DNA of 64,000 bases from Treponema sp. (GTDB taxonomy: Bacteria; Spirochaetota; Spirochaetia; Treponematales; Treponemataceae). The DNA lies in assembly GCA_052169955.1 (NCBI GenBank), contig JBQNBL010000013.1, positions 71-64,070 on the forward strand. Reading direction: 5' to 3'. The notes beneath the pieces were generated by a model. The model made no database searches, was not told the DNA's origin, and saw nothing but the letters and a program-made list of their open reading frames with translations. Below, one piece after another: positions 1-9,657 of the stretch. The translations under genes and the position numbers were made by a program. Position 1 is the stretch's first letter, and every line of letters begins with the position of its first letter.

Positions 1-55
1 GTTAAAATAATTACGAGTCCAACTTTTCGCACTAGTCCATGTGTTTTGATGTAGA

Positions 56-616
56 ATGGGGGGCTTTATGGACAATATTATTAGAGAATTACGTGTTGAT
101 GGGCGAGATCCGTTATTTGATAAAACTGACATGTTATATAAAGAGTTTCCTTCCGATTTTAGGCAAATTCGTTATTTCACATTATTGATTGTGCAATCTG
201 CTCCTTTAGAGATAAAAGGTGTGAATTTATTAGAACAACAAATCAGTGAAGTTATTAAAAATGCTGTCAAACATGGAAATAAGTGTGATATAAATAAAAA
301 GGTAAAGGTTTGGTATAAGTTCAGTCAAACTCATGCACATTTAATTGTTGAAGATGAGGGAGAAGGTTTTAAAGATATTGAAAGATGGAATGAATTTAAC
401 AAAAAAAGACTTGAATATCTGTATAACCAAGATTTTGAACACATTGCTGATTATGTTTCTTTCCGTACTACTGAAAGTGATGATAATGATGGTGGAAATG
501 CACTTTTTGCTGCTCTTGAGTATTGGGATGGTGGATTTTTATTTAATGATGCAAAAAATGGTGTCGCTATGTTAAAAAAATATCCAAAAAAGAAGTGGGG
601 GATAGTAGCTGGATAA
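56..616 (+). CDS. HATPase_c / RsbW-like anti-sigma-factor Ser/Thr kinase-type ATP-binding protein
   Basis: N-box EVIKNAVKHGN, G1 box VEDEGEGF, degenerate G2 DGGNALF; alternative start ATG 68. Confidence 0.75.
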   Translation: MGGFMDNIIRELRVDGRDPLFDKTDMLYKEFPSDFRQIRYFTLLIVQSAPLEIKGVNLLEQQISEVIKNAVKHGNKCDINKKVKVWYKFSQTHAHLIVEDEGEGFKDIERWNEFNKKRLEYLYNQDFEHIADYVSFRTTESDDNDGGNALFAALEYWDGGFLFNDAKNGVAMLKKYPKKKWGIVAG

Positions 617-631
617 TTATGGGAGTCGGGA

Positions 632-955
632 GTGAGAAATAAGTCATTGATTTTTATCTTTTTAAGTAGTACTTCACTTCTTCTTTTTCTTGCTTTTATG
701 TTCTTTTTTTCGTTATATGTTGTAGGTAACTATAATGATTTTTTAGACTCAAACCAGATTCTTATCTTACGTATTTTAGTGGCATTAGCCATAATTCTTT
801 TTTTCTTTTCTTGTGCCTCTTTTGTTTTTGATTTATATTTAGTTATAGCATATAGGTATTTGCGATTTCTTTTCTTTATTTTATTATCACTTTTTTTCAT
901 TATTTTTAGTTTTGTCACTACTATTATTAACACCATAATAATAGTTATTGCATAG
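632..955 (+). CDS. small membrane protein (about 3 TM), unknown function
   Basis: Hydrophobic 107-aa ORF with GTG start preceded by GGGAG. Confidence 0.6.
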   Translation: MRNKSLIFIFLSSTSLLLFLAFMFFFSLYVVGNYNDFLDSNQILILRILVALAIILFFFSCASFVFDLYLVIAYRYLRFLFFILLSLFFIIFSFVTTIINTIIIVIA

Positions 956-1044
956 TTTTATGTGTTTTGTATTACTTTAGAAATTACATTTAGGCTATAG
1001 TAAAACTGTGCTGTGTTTTTTGTACTAACTTTGAAATACTCCCC

Positions 1045-1073
1045 TTGACGTAAATATACTATTTATATAGAAT
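1045..1073 (+). promoter_or_regulatory. sigma70-type promoter for the tRNA pair
   Basis: TTGACG-17 nt-TAGAAT ending 16 nt upstream of tRNA-Pro. Confidence 0.7.
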
Positions 1074-1089
1074 GCACTCCGTCAACTTT

Positions 1090-1162
1090 CGGGATGTAGC
1101 CTAGTGGCTAAGGCATCTGGTTTGGGACCAGAGGATCGGGGGTTCAAATCCCTCCATCCCGA
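1090..1162 (+). tRNA. tRNA-Pro(TGG)
   Basis: Cloverleaf CGGGATG...CATCCCG; anticodon arm TCTGG-TTTGGGA-CCAGA; T-loop GTTCAAATC; CCA not encoded. Confidence 0.96.
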
Positions 1163-1173
1163 TTTATTGCCAA

Positions 1174-1247
1174 GGGATAGTAGCTCAACTGGATAGAGCA
1201 ACTGCCTTCTAAGCAGTAGGTAGGAGGTTCGAGTCCTCTCTGTCCCA
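1174..1247 (+). tRNA. tRNA-Arg(TCT)
   Basis: GGGATAG...CTGTCCC acceptor stem; anticodon arm ACTGC-CTTCTAA-GCAGT; T-loop GTTCGAGTC. Confidence 0.96.
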
Positions 1248-1298
1248 AAAAGTATTTTGAGCTTCATACAAACTTTATAGCATGGGGCTTTTTTTAAG

Positions 1299-2990
1299 AT
1301 GGTTCTTTCTTATTCAAAATTTCTTTTTTTTTGCCTTTTATTTATCTTTATAGGTGGTAGTTTATCTTCTCAAGAATTAGTAAATGATGAGCTTCAGGGT
1401 AGCACTTCTTTAGATGTTGAAACTCAGTCAAACGATGATGAGGTAATCGAAAAACAAAGTGCTTCTTCTGGTGCTGAAAGTTCTCCAAAAAAAGAAACGA
1501 TTGCTTCTTCTGCGTTAAAAATAAAAATAGAAAAGGTTGTATATAAGATTGAAGGTTTAACAAAAAAATATCCATTGCAATTAGCTATCCCCATAGATAA
1601 GACACTTGTTTTTGAAACTGAAGAAGATTATTTACACTACCTTGATGATATTAGACTAAAACTAAACAATTTGCGTGTTTTAGAAAGTTCCTCTGTTGCT
1701 AGTGAATATATTGAAGTTCAAGATAATTTAGCATTATCGGAAATAACGATAAGTACAAAAGATACATGGAATATAATAGCTCTTCCTTTTCCAAAGTTTG
1801 ATTCTAATACAGGTTTTGTGGCAAAGTTAAAAGGTAAGGACTATAACTTTCTAGGTTCAATGCAAGTATTAAATTTAGATATCTCCTATATATTGGATAA
1901 TTCAGGAAAATCTTCAGGTGGTTTAGGCACTAGTTTTTCTTTTCCATTTAAAGCAGGTCCCTTAAATGCTATATACAAACTAGAAACTATATTAAATATA
2001 GAAAAAAAGAATGCTAGTTTTGATTTAAACAATACAATTGAATTTTCTTATCCAACTAACTTTATTGATATTTATTTTGGTTACTATCAAGGTTTTTCTT
2101 TGAATAGACCTAGAAACGAAAATCAAGGTAAAAAACAAAACATTCAAACAGGCGAAGAAGAAGATAAAGTTGATGAAAAACCTATATATGATCAATACTT
2201 TTTTACTACAAAGTTTTTTGTGTATACTCCCATTACTTTGTACAATTTTAGCTATGCTGGTAAGTTAGTATATACACCATATATTTCTTTTTATGGAAAC
2301 TGGGCTTTCAAGAGATTAAATGAGCAGAAAAAAAGGGGAGTTTCTACAACTTTTTCTCACTCTCTTTCTCTTTCCCGTATTGATTGGAAAAATAATTTTA
2401 GGGAAGGTTTTTATTTTAGTCTTGATAATTCATACTACTATAATTTTTTCTTAAAAAACATACCGGAAATTGAATTAAGTTCTACTCTAACAGGTTACTA
2501 TTCTTTTGTTGATCGTGTGGGTATTTACGCACAGCTTGATGCTTTTTACGTTTTTGCTAAAGAAATATCACAACGTGCAGGAAGAAATTTACGAGGTATA
2601 TTAAATAAGAGAATTGAAACAGATATGGCTATAACATTAAACTTTGATGTTCCTATTAAAATTACCAGCTTTGATTTTGAAAAGATTTCAGGAGTTGAAT
2701 GGACAAGGTTTTTTGGCTTTGAATGGTTTATTTCATTTTTTATAGATATGGCTTTAGTACATGATATGCAAACAAATAGATATTTTCACCCGTCAGATGG
2801 CTGGTATGCAGGAGGATTTGAGATGATCTTATATCCTCATAGAATGAGAAGTATATATTTTAGAATTAGCCTAGGTTTTGATCTTACAGAGTTAAAGAAT
2901 GTGAAAGGAATCAATAAAATTGGTGGTATAGCAAAACGAGATAATGAAGCGATATCGGAAATATTTATAGGAATTGGGCTTCACTACTAA
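1299..2990 (+). CDS. putative Omp85-like outer-membrane beta-barrel with a single POTRA-like domain
   Basis: Signal peptide, POTRA-like segment ending TKDTWN, DYNFLGS, LRGI motif, aromatic-rich strands, C-terminal FIGIGLHY. Confidence 0.55.
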   Translation: MVLSYSKFLFFCLLFIFIGGSLSSQELVNDELQGSTSLDVETQSNDDEVIEKQSASSGAESSPKKETIASSALKIKIEKVVYKIEGLTKKYPLQLAIPIDKTLVFETEEDYLHYLDDIRLKLNNLRVLESSSVASEYIEVQDNLALSEITISTKDTWNIIALPFPKFDSNTGFVAKLKGKDYNFLGSMQVLNLDISYILDNSGKSSGGLGTSFSFPFKAGPLNAIYKLETILNIEKKNASFDLNNTIEFSYPTNFIDIYFGYYQGFSLNRPRNENQGKKQNIQTGEEEDKVDEKPIYDQYFFTTKFFVYTPITLYNFSYAGKLVYTPYISFYGNWAFKRLNEQKKRGVSTTFSHSLSLSRIDWKNNFREGFYFSLDNSYYYNFFLKNIPEIELSSTLTGYYSFVDRVGIYAQLDAFYVFAKEISQRAGRNLRGILNKRIETDMAITLNFDVPIKITSFDFEKISGVEWTRFFGFEWFISFFIDMALVHDMQTNRYFHPSDGWYAGGFEMILYPHRMRSIYFRISLGFDLTELKNVKGINKIGGIAKRDNEAISEIFIGIGLHY

Positions 2991-3028
2991 TTAGATTTTA
3001 TTGAATGTTTTTCAAGGAGAATAAGAAA

Positions 3029-4309
3029 ATGCACAAGTATGTGATAGAAGGTGGATATCCTGTAAAAGGTACTATAAAAGCAAGTGGAAATAAGAATGCA
3101 GCCCTACCATGTATTGCAGCTTCATTATTGACACGCTCTCCTGTTATCTTAAAAAATGTTCCTGAAATTGAAGATGTCAACGTAATGTTTGAGATTGTGA
3201 AGTTTTTAGGTGGAACTGTAGAAAAGTTAAAAGATAATGAATATAAATTGCAGTGTGCCGAAATTAAAAACACACATATTCCTGATGAGCTTTCTGCAAA
3301 AATTAGGGCTTCAATACTTTTTGCAGGTCCTCTCTTGAGTGCTTCAGGCAATGTATCTCTTGCCTCCCCGGGAGGAGATGTTATAGGGAGAAGAAGACTT
3401 GACACTCATTTTTTAGCACTTTCAGAATTAGGGGCTAGGATTGAAATAGATGGGCTTTTACATTTTTCTACAAATAAACTTGTTGGAAAAGATATTTTTT
3501 TAGATGAAGCTTCTGTTACAGCTACAGAAAACGCAATTATGGCAGCTGTCTTAGCAGAGGGAGTTACTATACTAAACAATGTTGCTTGCGAGCCTCATGT
3601 GCAAGATCTTTGCAATATGCTGTGTTTAATGGGAGCAAAAATAGAAGGAATTGCCTCTAATTTATTAAAGATTGAAGGAGTTAAGGAATTAACAGGTTGT
3701 ACCTTTACAATAGGTGCTGACTACATGGAAATAGGTTCGTTTTTAGGTCTTGCAGCTGTTACCAAAGGGGATATTCGCATAGAGAAGGTAAAAGGGCAAG
3801 ATATGAGACCTCTTAAAGTAGCTTTTGGGAAACTAGGAGTGAGCTGGAGTATGGAAGAAGATGTACTAAGTTTTTCTTCTAATAAAAACTTGGTTGTCAA
3901 CACTGATGTAGGAGGTATGATCCCAAAAATTGATGATTCTCCTTGGCCAGGTTTTCCTGCAGACCTAACTAGTATTATGACAGTTATTGCTACTCAAGCT
4001 GAAGGTACAGTTCTAATACATGAAAAGATGTTTGAATCTCGAATGTTTTTTGTGGATAAACTTATAAGTATGGGAGCAAAGATTACGTTATGCGATCCAC
4101 ATCGTGCTGTTGTGGTAGGTCCTAATAGATTGCAAGCTGCAGACTTAATTTCTCCTGATGTGAGAGCAGGTATGGCAATGGTGCTTGCTGCTTGCTGTGC
4201 TTCAGGTGTAAGTATTATAAGAAATGTTTATCAAATAGAACGAGGTTACGAGAATATTGTGAAAAGATTACAGAGCATTGGTGTTAAAATAAGACGTGAG
4301 GAAGTTTAA
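3029..4309 (+). CDS. murA: UDP-N-acetylglucosamine 1-carboxyvinyltransferase (Asp-type)
   Basis: SGNKNAALP, RASIL, PGGDVIGRR, SVTATEN, PWPGFPAD, IERGYE; AAGGAG RBS before ATG 3029. Confidence 0.97.
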   Translation: MHKYVIEGGYPVKGTIKASGNKNAALPCIAASLLTRSPVILKNVPEIEDVNVMFEIVKFLGGTVEKLKDNEYKLQCAEIKNTHIPDELSAKIRASILFAGPLLSASGNVSLASPGGDVIGRRRLDTHFLALSELGARIEIDGLLHFSTNKLVGKDIFLDEASVTATENAIMAAVLAEGVTILNNVACEPHVQDLCNMLCLMGAKIEGIASNLLKIEGVKELTGCTFTIGADYMEIGSFLGLAAVTKGDIRIEKVKGQDMRPLKVAFGKLGVSWSMEEDVLSFSSNKNLVVNTDVGGMIPKIDDSPWPGFPADLTSIMTVIATQAEGTVLIHEKMFESRMFFVDKLISMGAKITLCDPHRAVVVGPNRLQAADLISPDVRAGMAMVLAACCASGVSIIRNVYQIERGYENIVKRLQSIGVKIRREEV

Positions 4310-4314
4310 AGACT

Positions 4315-4776
4315 ATGGAAGCATCTGATAAAGAAAAACTTAAAAAAAATGGATTTGTTTTCCTTATATTTTTGCTTTTAATTGCAGTTCTTTTTTCTTT
4401 GAATTTTTTTACCTTTTTTAAGGACAATACTTTTAAAGATATCGCAATTGATATGCTTACAACATCACCCTTATGTGAAGAATATAGAAATATACATTCT
4501 ATTGAGACTATTAAAAAACACACTAGTTTAACTTTCCCTTCTGTGCTTGAAGCACAATGGGAAGAAGGTCAAGCTTATATTTTCTTTGTTCGCTTAACTG
4601 GAAAGTATGGTGTGCAGACAGCTTTTTTCTTATATGATGAAAGAAAGCAAGAAACTAACTTTTGTGGACTTGTAGGGCAAGATTTCAAAAAATCAGCTAG
4701 TTATTATGGAATTAATGATGGAATTATACAGTATTGGTGTGGCAAAATCACTAAATACATACAAAATAATAGATAG
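4315..4776 (+). CDS. hypothetical protein with N-terminal TM anchor
   Basis: 153-aa ORF directly after murA with one hydrophobic segment. Confidence 0.7.
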   Translation: MEASDKEKLKKNGFVFLIFLLLIAVLFSLNFFTFFKDNTFKDIAIDMLTTSPLCEEYRNIHSIETIKKHTSLTFPSVLEAQWEEGQAYIFFVRLTGKYGVQTAFFLYDERKQETNFCGLVGQDFKKSASYYGINDGIIQYWCGKITKYIQNNR

Positions 4777-4790
4777 CACAAGAGCTATTT

Positions 4791-5450
4791 TTATGTAAAT
4801 AGCTCTTTTAAAAATGTTTTTATTTCGGTAAATGCGGAATGATTAAAATTCCACTGTCCAGCTTCAGCTCCTAGCCCTAGTCGATTCTTCATAGGAATTT
4901 TTGAAGCAAGGTATACTTGTGATTTAGCTTTATCAACATTAAAAGATTTATTATTTTTATAAAGATTTTGTAAGCATTCTATATAAATATTCATTTCTTT
5001 ATAACAGCACGTACTTTCAATAGATTTTAAGCACAATGTTTCTAACATACCATTATCTTTATTGTTAGGCATGATAAAAATGCCTATTTTCCTGTTATCA
5101 ATATTTTCTACTATACCAATGCTTTTAGGTGGAGCTATTTCATTTTGATTTAAGTGGTAACATATACTGTCAAAAGCAGCTTTTGCATTATCATCTGCGT
5201 CTCGAATAATTCCTAAGTTTGTTATATTGGAGCAGTCATCGCCAAGATCTTGTTTAATACTTTTAATATGATGAGGAAAATTATTTTTTCCCTCTACTTC
5301 AAGAATTTGTACTCCATCAATACTCATATATTTAAATAGAGTATTAAAAAACTCAATTTCGTCTTTCCCTTCAACTAAAAGTAAAAACTTGCTGGTTATT
5401 TTTATATTAGGTCGAAAACTCTTAGTTTCTTCTTTTTTAGTTTCTTCCAT
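4791..5450 (-). CDS. TOPRIM-like protein (DUF3226/DUF4435-like), putative defence effector
   Basis: LLVEGKDE and IIRDADD match the TOPRIM E..DxD pattern; GMLETLC; start overlaps the ATPase stop (TAATG). Confidence 0.75.
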   Translation of the reverse strand: MEETKKEETKSFRPNIKITSKFLLLVEGKDEIEFFNTLFKYMSIDGVQILEVEGKNNFPHHIKSIKQDLGDDCSNITNLGIIRDADDNAKAAFDSICYHLNQNEIAPPKSIGIVENIDNRKIGIFIMPNNKDNGMLETLCLKSIESTCCYKEMNIYIECLQNLYKNNKSFNVDKAKSQVYLASKIPMKNRLGLGAEAGQWNFNHSAFTEIKTFLKELFT

Positions 5451-6493
5451 TAACGCACCTCATAGTTTTTGCTTATGCCAAAAATTAAATCATCATTGTT
5501 GTAATGGATTATTTTTGCTTTGTCATCTTTTTTTTCTATGCGATACATTGCAATTTCAGCTTTTTTTTCATTCATATTTTCTTGCACAAATATTAATGCC
5601 TTCAATGCTTCATAGGAATGAGTTGTAGCTATAATTTGGACATCCAATTCCTCTGTAAACATGATAATTGCTTTCCACAATACTTCTATACTTGAGTAAT
5701 GAAGTCCATTTTCTATTTCATCTATTAGTAAAACACTTCCCTGCATTTCATACATTGAAGATAAAAGGTGAAGAATCCTTATAATTCCATCTCCCATTAT
5801 ACCTATAGGAAGGAGTTCTTCTTTACCTACATCAAAGTATATTGAATTATCATCTAAAATTTGTATATCAACTAAGTTAGGCTCAATTTGCCTTAAAATA
5901 TCAATAAGTCCCTTTATTTTTTTCTTTTTTATTATCGAATGCAAATTCATCTCATTGATTTTTGAATCTATCCATTTTACATTAAGACTTTCTTTATATG
6001 TTTTAGAAGATTTTATTATATTTTTTTTAAGACTAATATACACATCTTCTTTATCTTTTCCATTACTGCTAAATGAAATTTTAACTCCATCAATTTCATC
6101 AACTTGATTTTGCAATGTTATTTGTTTTGATTTTAATGAATCAAGTGAAACATCAAAAAGATCGATATTTTGCTTTTCATCTTTATAAACTGATATTTTA
6201 GCAGAGCGCTTAGTGCCACTGACATTTCCACTCAGCGTTATAGGTTCTTTTAAATTTAAATCATTAAAAATATACTTAAAATCGCTATCATTTTTTAATC
6301 TTAAACCTCTATAAAGGTTAATGCTATGTAATAAGCTAGGGTTTGACATACCAGAAAGTACAAATATAGCTTCAAGAATTGAAGTTTTTCCAGAATTATT
6401 TTTCCCTACAATCAAATTTATGTCTTTGAGTTCTTTTAATTCTGCCTTATCTATTCCTCTAAAATTCTTGATTTCAAGTTCATTAAATCTCAT
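5450..6493 (-). CDS. ABC-type ATPase (AAA_15/AAA_21-like), putative defence sensor
   Basis: IKNFRGI, Walker A GKNNSGKTS, signature MGDG, Walker B LLIDEIENGLH, H-loop TTHS; no TM partner. Confidence 0.88.
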   Translation of the reverse strand: MRFNELEIKNFRGIDKAELKELKDINLIVGKNNSGKTSILEAIFVLSGMSNPSLLHSINLYRGLRLKNDSDFKYIFNDLNLKEPITLSGNVSGTKRSAKISVYKDEKQNIDLFDVSLDSLKSKQITLQNQVDEIDGVKISFSSNGKDKEDVYISLKKNIIKSSKTYKESLNVKWIDSKINEMNLHSIIKKKKIKGLIDILRQIEPNLVDIQILDDNSIYFDVGKEELLPIGIMGDGIIRILHLLSSMYEMQGSVLLIDEIENGLHYSSIEVLWKAIIMFTEELDVQIIATTHSYEALKALIFVQENMNEKKAEIAMYRIEKKDDKAKIIHYNNDDLIFGISKNYEVR

Positions 6494-6674
6494 AGTTGCT
6501 CCATAAGTTATCTTTTTATAAAAATAAAAATTACACGCATATTATAACATTATAATATCATAAATATAAAGCATTTTACTTCACTAAAAAATCAAAAACT
6601 ATAATAAAAAAGAGTTAAAAAAGGGCTTAAAAAACCTCATAGACAATGAGGAAAGTTTTATATACTATATCGCA

Positions 6675-8477
6675 ATGTACAATCCTCAATATATTAGAAA
6701 TTTTTGCATTGTAGCTCATATAGACCACGGCAAATCTACACTCTCAGATCGTCTAATAGAAAAAGCTGGAATCATAGATGCTAGAAAAATGAGAGCACAG
6801 ATGACAGATGACATGGATATAGAGCGAGAGCGTGGCATTACAATAAAAAGTCATGCGGTTCGCCTTCCATACAAGGCTAAAGATGGAAATGAATATATCT
6901 TAAACTTTGTTGACACTCCAGGACATGTTGATTTTTCTTATGAAGTCTCTCGCTCCATAGCTTCTTGTGAGGGAGCTATCCTTGTAATTGACGCAAGTCA
7001 AGGAGTGGAGTCTCAAACACTTTCAAACATGTATCTAGCTTTGGAACATGATCTTGAAATATTGCCTGTCATAAATAAAATTGACCTGCCTGCAAGCGAC
7101 ATAGAAATGTGCAAAAATCAAATTGATAAAGACTTAGGGCTTGATTCAACCGTTGCAGTTCCTGTCTCTGCCAAAACTGGACAGAATATAGATTTACTTT
7201 TTGAAGCAATTATCAAAAACTTTAATGCTCCTCTTGGCTCTCTCACAAATCCATTGCAAGCTTTAATATTTGATTCAAACTATGACCCATATAGGGGCGT
7301 TATAGTCCAAGTGCGTGTTTTTGAAGGCGAAATAAAAGAAGGTGCTACAATTCGCTTTATGAATAGTAATTCTGAATACAAAGTGGAAGAAGTAGGTTAT
7401 CTAATGCTTGATTTTGTTAAAACTAATTCATTAAAAGCAGGAGAGGTAGGCTACATCATTGCAGGAATAAAAACTATATCTGACGTGAGAGTAGGAGATA
7501 CAATCACAGATGTATCTTTCCCTTGTAAAGAAGCTTTGGCAGGCTTTAAGATGGTAAAACCTGTAGTTTTTTCTTCTGTCTATCCTACAGATACAAACGA
7601 CTATGAAGCCTTGCGTGAAGCTTTTGAAAAATTAAAACTTAACGATGCTAGCTTAACATGGGAAAAAGATTCGTCTGTTGCTTTAGGTCATGGTTTTCGC
7701 TGTGGCTTTTTAGGCCTTTTGCATTTGGAAATTGTGCAAGAACGTTTGGAAAGAGAGTTTGATCAATCAGTGATTTTTACCGCTCCTTCAGTTATGTATT
7801 CCATCACGCTCAAAAATGGAGATGAACTTATGTGTGATAATCCTGCAAATTATCCTGAAGATGGAACAATTGCAGAAGTTAGGGAACCATACATAAAGGC
7901 TACAATCATAACACCAACAACATATCTTGGAAACATTATGAGTCTTTGCATTGAAAAACGTGGTACTCAAACTAATATGAATTATCTTGACGAAAAAAGA
8001 GTTGAAGTAACATATGAAATGCCATTGTCTGAGGTTTTATTTGAGTTTTATGATAGACTAAAAAGCATTAGTAGAGGTTTTGCTTCTTTTGACTATGATG
8101 TTATAGATTCAAGAGCAACTGATATTGTAAAGGTTGATATCTTGCTTAATGGAAAACCTGTTGACGCATTAGCTCAGTTGCTTTATCGCCCTTCTAGTTA
8201 TGACCGCTCTCGTGTCGTCTGTGAAAAACTAAAGGACGAGATACCCCGTCAACTCTTTAAGATACCTATTCAAGCTAGTATAGGTAGCCAGGTGATTGCA
8301 AGAGAGACAATCTCAGCATTACGAAAAGATGTTCTTGCAAAATGTTATGGTGGAGACATCACACGAAAAAGAAAGCTACTTGAAAAACAAAAGGAAGGCA
8401 AAAAACGAATGAAAATGGTAGGAGATGTAGAAATTCCACAATCAGCATTTTTAGCAGTCTTAAAACACAAAGAATAG
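6675..8477 (+). CDS. lepA: elongation factor 4
   Basis: AHIDHGKSTL, DTPGHVDF, NKID, GFRCGFLGLLH, C-terminal KCYGGDITRKRKLLEKQKEGKKRMK. Confidence 0.98.
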   Translation: MYNPQYIRNFCIVAHIDHGKSTLSDRLIEKAGIIDARKMRAQMTDDMDIERERGITIKSHAVRLPYKAKDGNEYILNFVDTPGHVDFSYEVSRSIASCEGAILVIDASQGVESQTLSNMYLALEHDLEILPVINKIDLPASDIEMCKNQIDKDLGLDSTVAVPVSAKTGQNIDLLFEAIIKNFNAPLGSLTNPLQALIFDSNYDPYRGVIVQVRVFEGEIKEGATIRFMNSNSEYKVEEVGYLMLDFVKTNSLKAGEVGYIIAGIKTISDVRVGDTITDVSFPCKEALAGFKMVKPVVFSSVYPTDTNDYEALREAFEKLKLNDASLTWEKDSSVALGHGFRCGFLGLLHLEIVQERLEREFDQSVIFTAPSVMYSITLKNGDELMCDNPANYPEDGTIAEVREPYIKATIITPTTYLGNIMSLCIEKRGTQTNMNYLDEKRVEVTYEMPLSEVLFEFYDRLKSISRGFASFDYDVIDSRATDIVKVDILLNGKPVDALAQLLYRPSSYDRSRVVCEKLKDEIPRQLFKIPIQASIGSQVIARETISALRKDVLAKCYGGDITRKRKLLEKQKEGKKRMKMVGDVEIPQSAFLAVLKHKE

Positions 8478-8497
8478 GTCTTAAATAGGAATCTTAT

Positions 8498-9643
8498 ATG
8501 AAAGAAAACATTGAAATATTTGATGAGCTTCATAAAGATGCCTCATCTAATGCCCGTGTTGGCATTTTGAACTTACCACATGGAAGGGTTAGAACTCCTT
8601 CATTTATGCCTGTTGGTACTTTAGCAACTGTTAAAGCTATGACTAAAGATATGTTAGAAGAACTAGGTTTTGACATCATCTTAGCTAACACTTATCATCT
8701 TAATTTAAGACCTGGCATTGAAGTAATTAAAAATGCAGGTGGGCTTCATGGATTTACAGGCTGGAGGGGTAACTTTTTAACAGACTCAGGTGGTTTTCAA
8801 GTGTTTTCACTTTCACCTCTTAGAAAAATTACAGAAGAAGGAATAAAGTTTCAAAGCCATATAGATGGCTCTTGTCATCTTTTTACGCCTGAAAGTGTAG
8901 TAAACCTTCAAACTGATTTTAATAGTGACATACAAATGCAGCTTGATGTTCTATCTCCTTATGGCTCTACCAAAAAAGAAACTCAAGAACATTTGGATAT
9001 TACTATAAATTATCTGAAACGTGCTTTTGCTGCTTGGCATGGCACTCATTCTTTCTATAATGGCTCTCTTTTTCCAATTATGCAAGGTGGTTTTTATAAA
9101 GATTTAAGAGAGAAAAGTCTTGAAGCTATATTAAAACACTCCCCCCGAGGAATTGCTATAGGAGGGCTTTCTGTTGGAGAGCCTGAAGAAGTTTATAATG
9201 AGTTTTTGTCTTTTTCTACTTCTATCATACCTAAGAAAAAACCTATATACGTCATGGGAATAGGCACTCCTCAATATATTTTAGAAGCTGTTAAAAATGG
9301 CGTTGACCTTTTTGATTGTGTTTTGCCTTCTCGAAATGCAAGGAATGGCAACTTATTCACGTTTAATGGACCTATTTCGATAAAACAAAAACGGTATGAA
9401 TTTGATAATGATCCTATAGACTTACGTTGTAATTGCATGGTGTGTAGAAGATATAGCAAGGCATATTTACGACATCTTTTTAAGTCTAAAGAAATACTTT
9501 ATTCAATACTTGCAACCTATCATAATTTAGCCTTTTTAAGCAATCTCATGTTTAAGATTAGGGACGCTATAGAAAAAGATAAGTTTATTAGGTTTTATAA
9601 CACATTCTTAAAAATTTATAATGATAACAAATTAGAAAATTAA
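8498..9643 (+). CDS. tgt: tRNA-guanine(34) transglycosylase
   Basis: TPSFMPVGT, LANTYHL, TDSGGFQVFSL, GGLSVGE, DLFDCV, Zn site CNCMVC...H. Confidence 0.97.
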   Translation: MKENIEIFDELHKDASSNARVGILNLPHGRVRTPSFMPVGTLATVKAMTKDMLEELGFDIILANTYHLNLRPGIEVIKNAGGLHGFTGWRGNFLTDSGGFQVFSLSPLRKITEEGIKFQSHIDGSCHLFTPESVVNLQTDFNSDIQMQLDVLSPYGSTKKETQEHLDITINYLKRAFAAWHGTHSFYNGSLFPIMQGGFYKDLREKSLEAILKHSPRGIAIGGLSVGEPEEVYNEFLSFSTSIIPKKKPIYVMGIGTPQYILEAVKNGVDLFDCVLPSRNARNGNLFTFNGPISIKQKRYEFDNDPIDLRCNCMVCRRYSKAYLRHLFKSKEILYSILATYHNLAFLSNLMFKIRDAIEKDKFIRFYNTFLKIYNDNKLEN

Positions 9644-9657
9644 AGAGAATAAAACTT

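Noticed and set aside
1..54. Possible 3' end of an upstream CDS (VKIITSPTFRTSPCVLM*)
   Set aside because: Too short to support or assign.
1082..1267. 61-aa minus-strand ORF
   Set aside because: Antisense to tRNA-Pro and tRNA-Arg.
2998..3405. 135-aa minus-strand ORF and the other short ORFs nested in long genes
   Set aside because: Antisense or alternate-frame shadows of well-supported genes with no motifs of their own.
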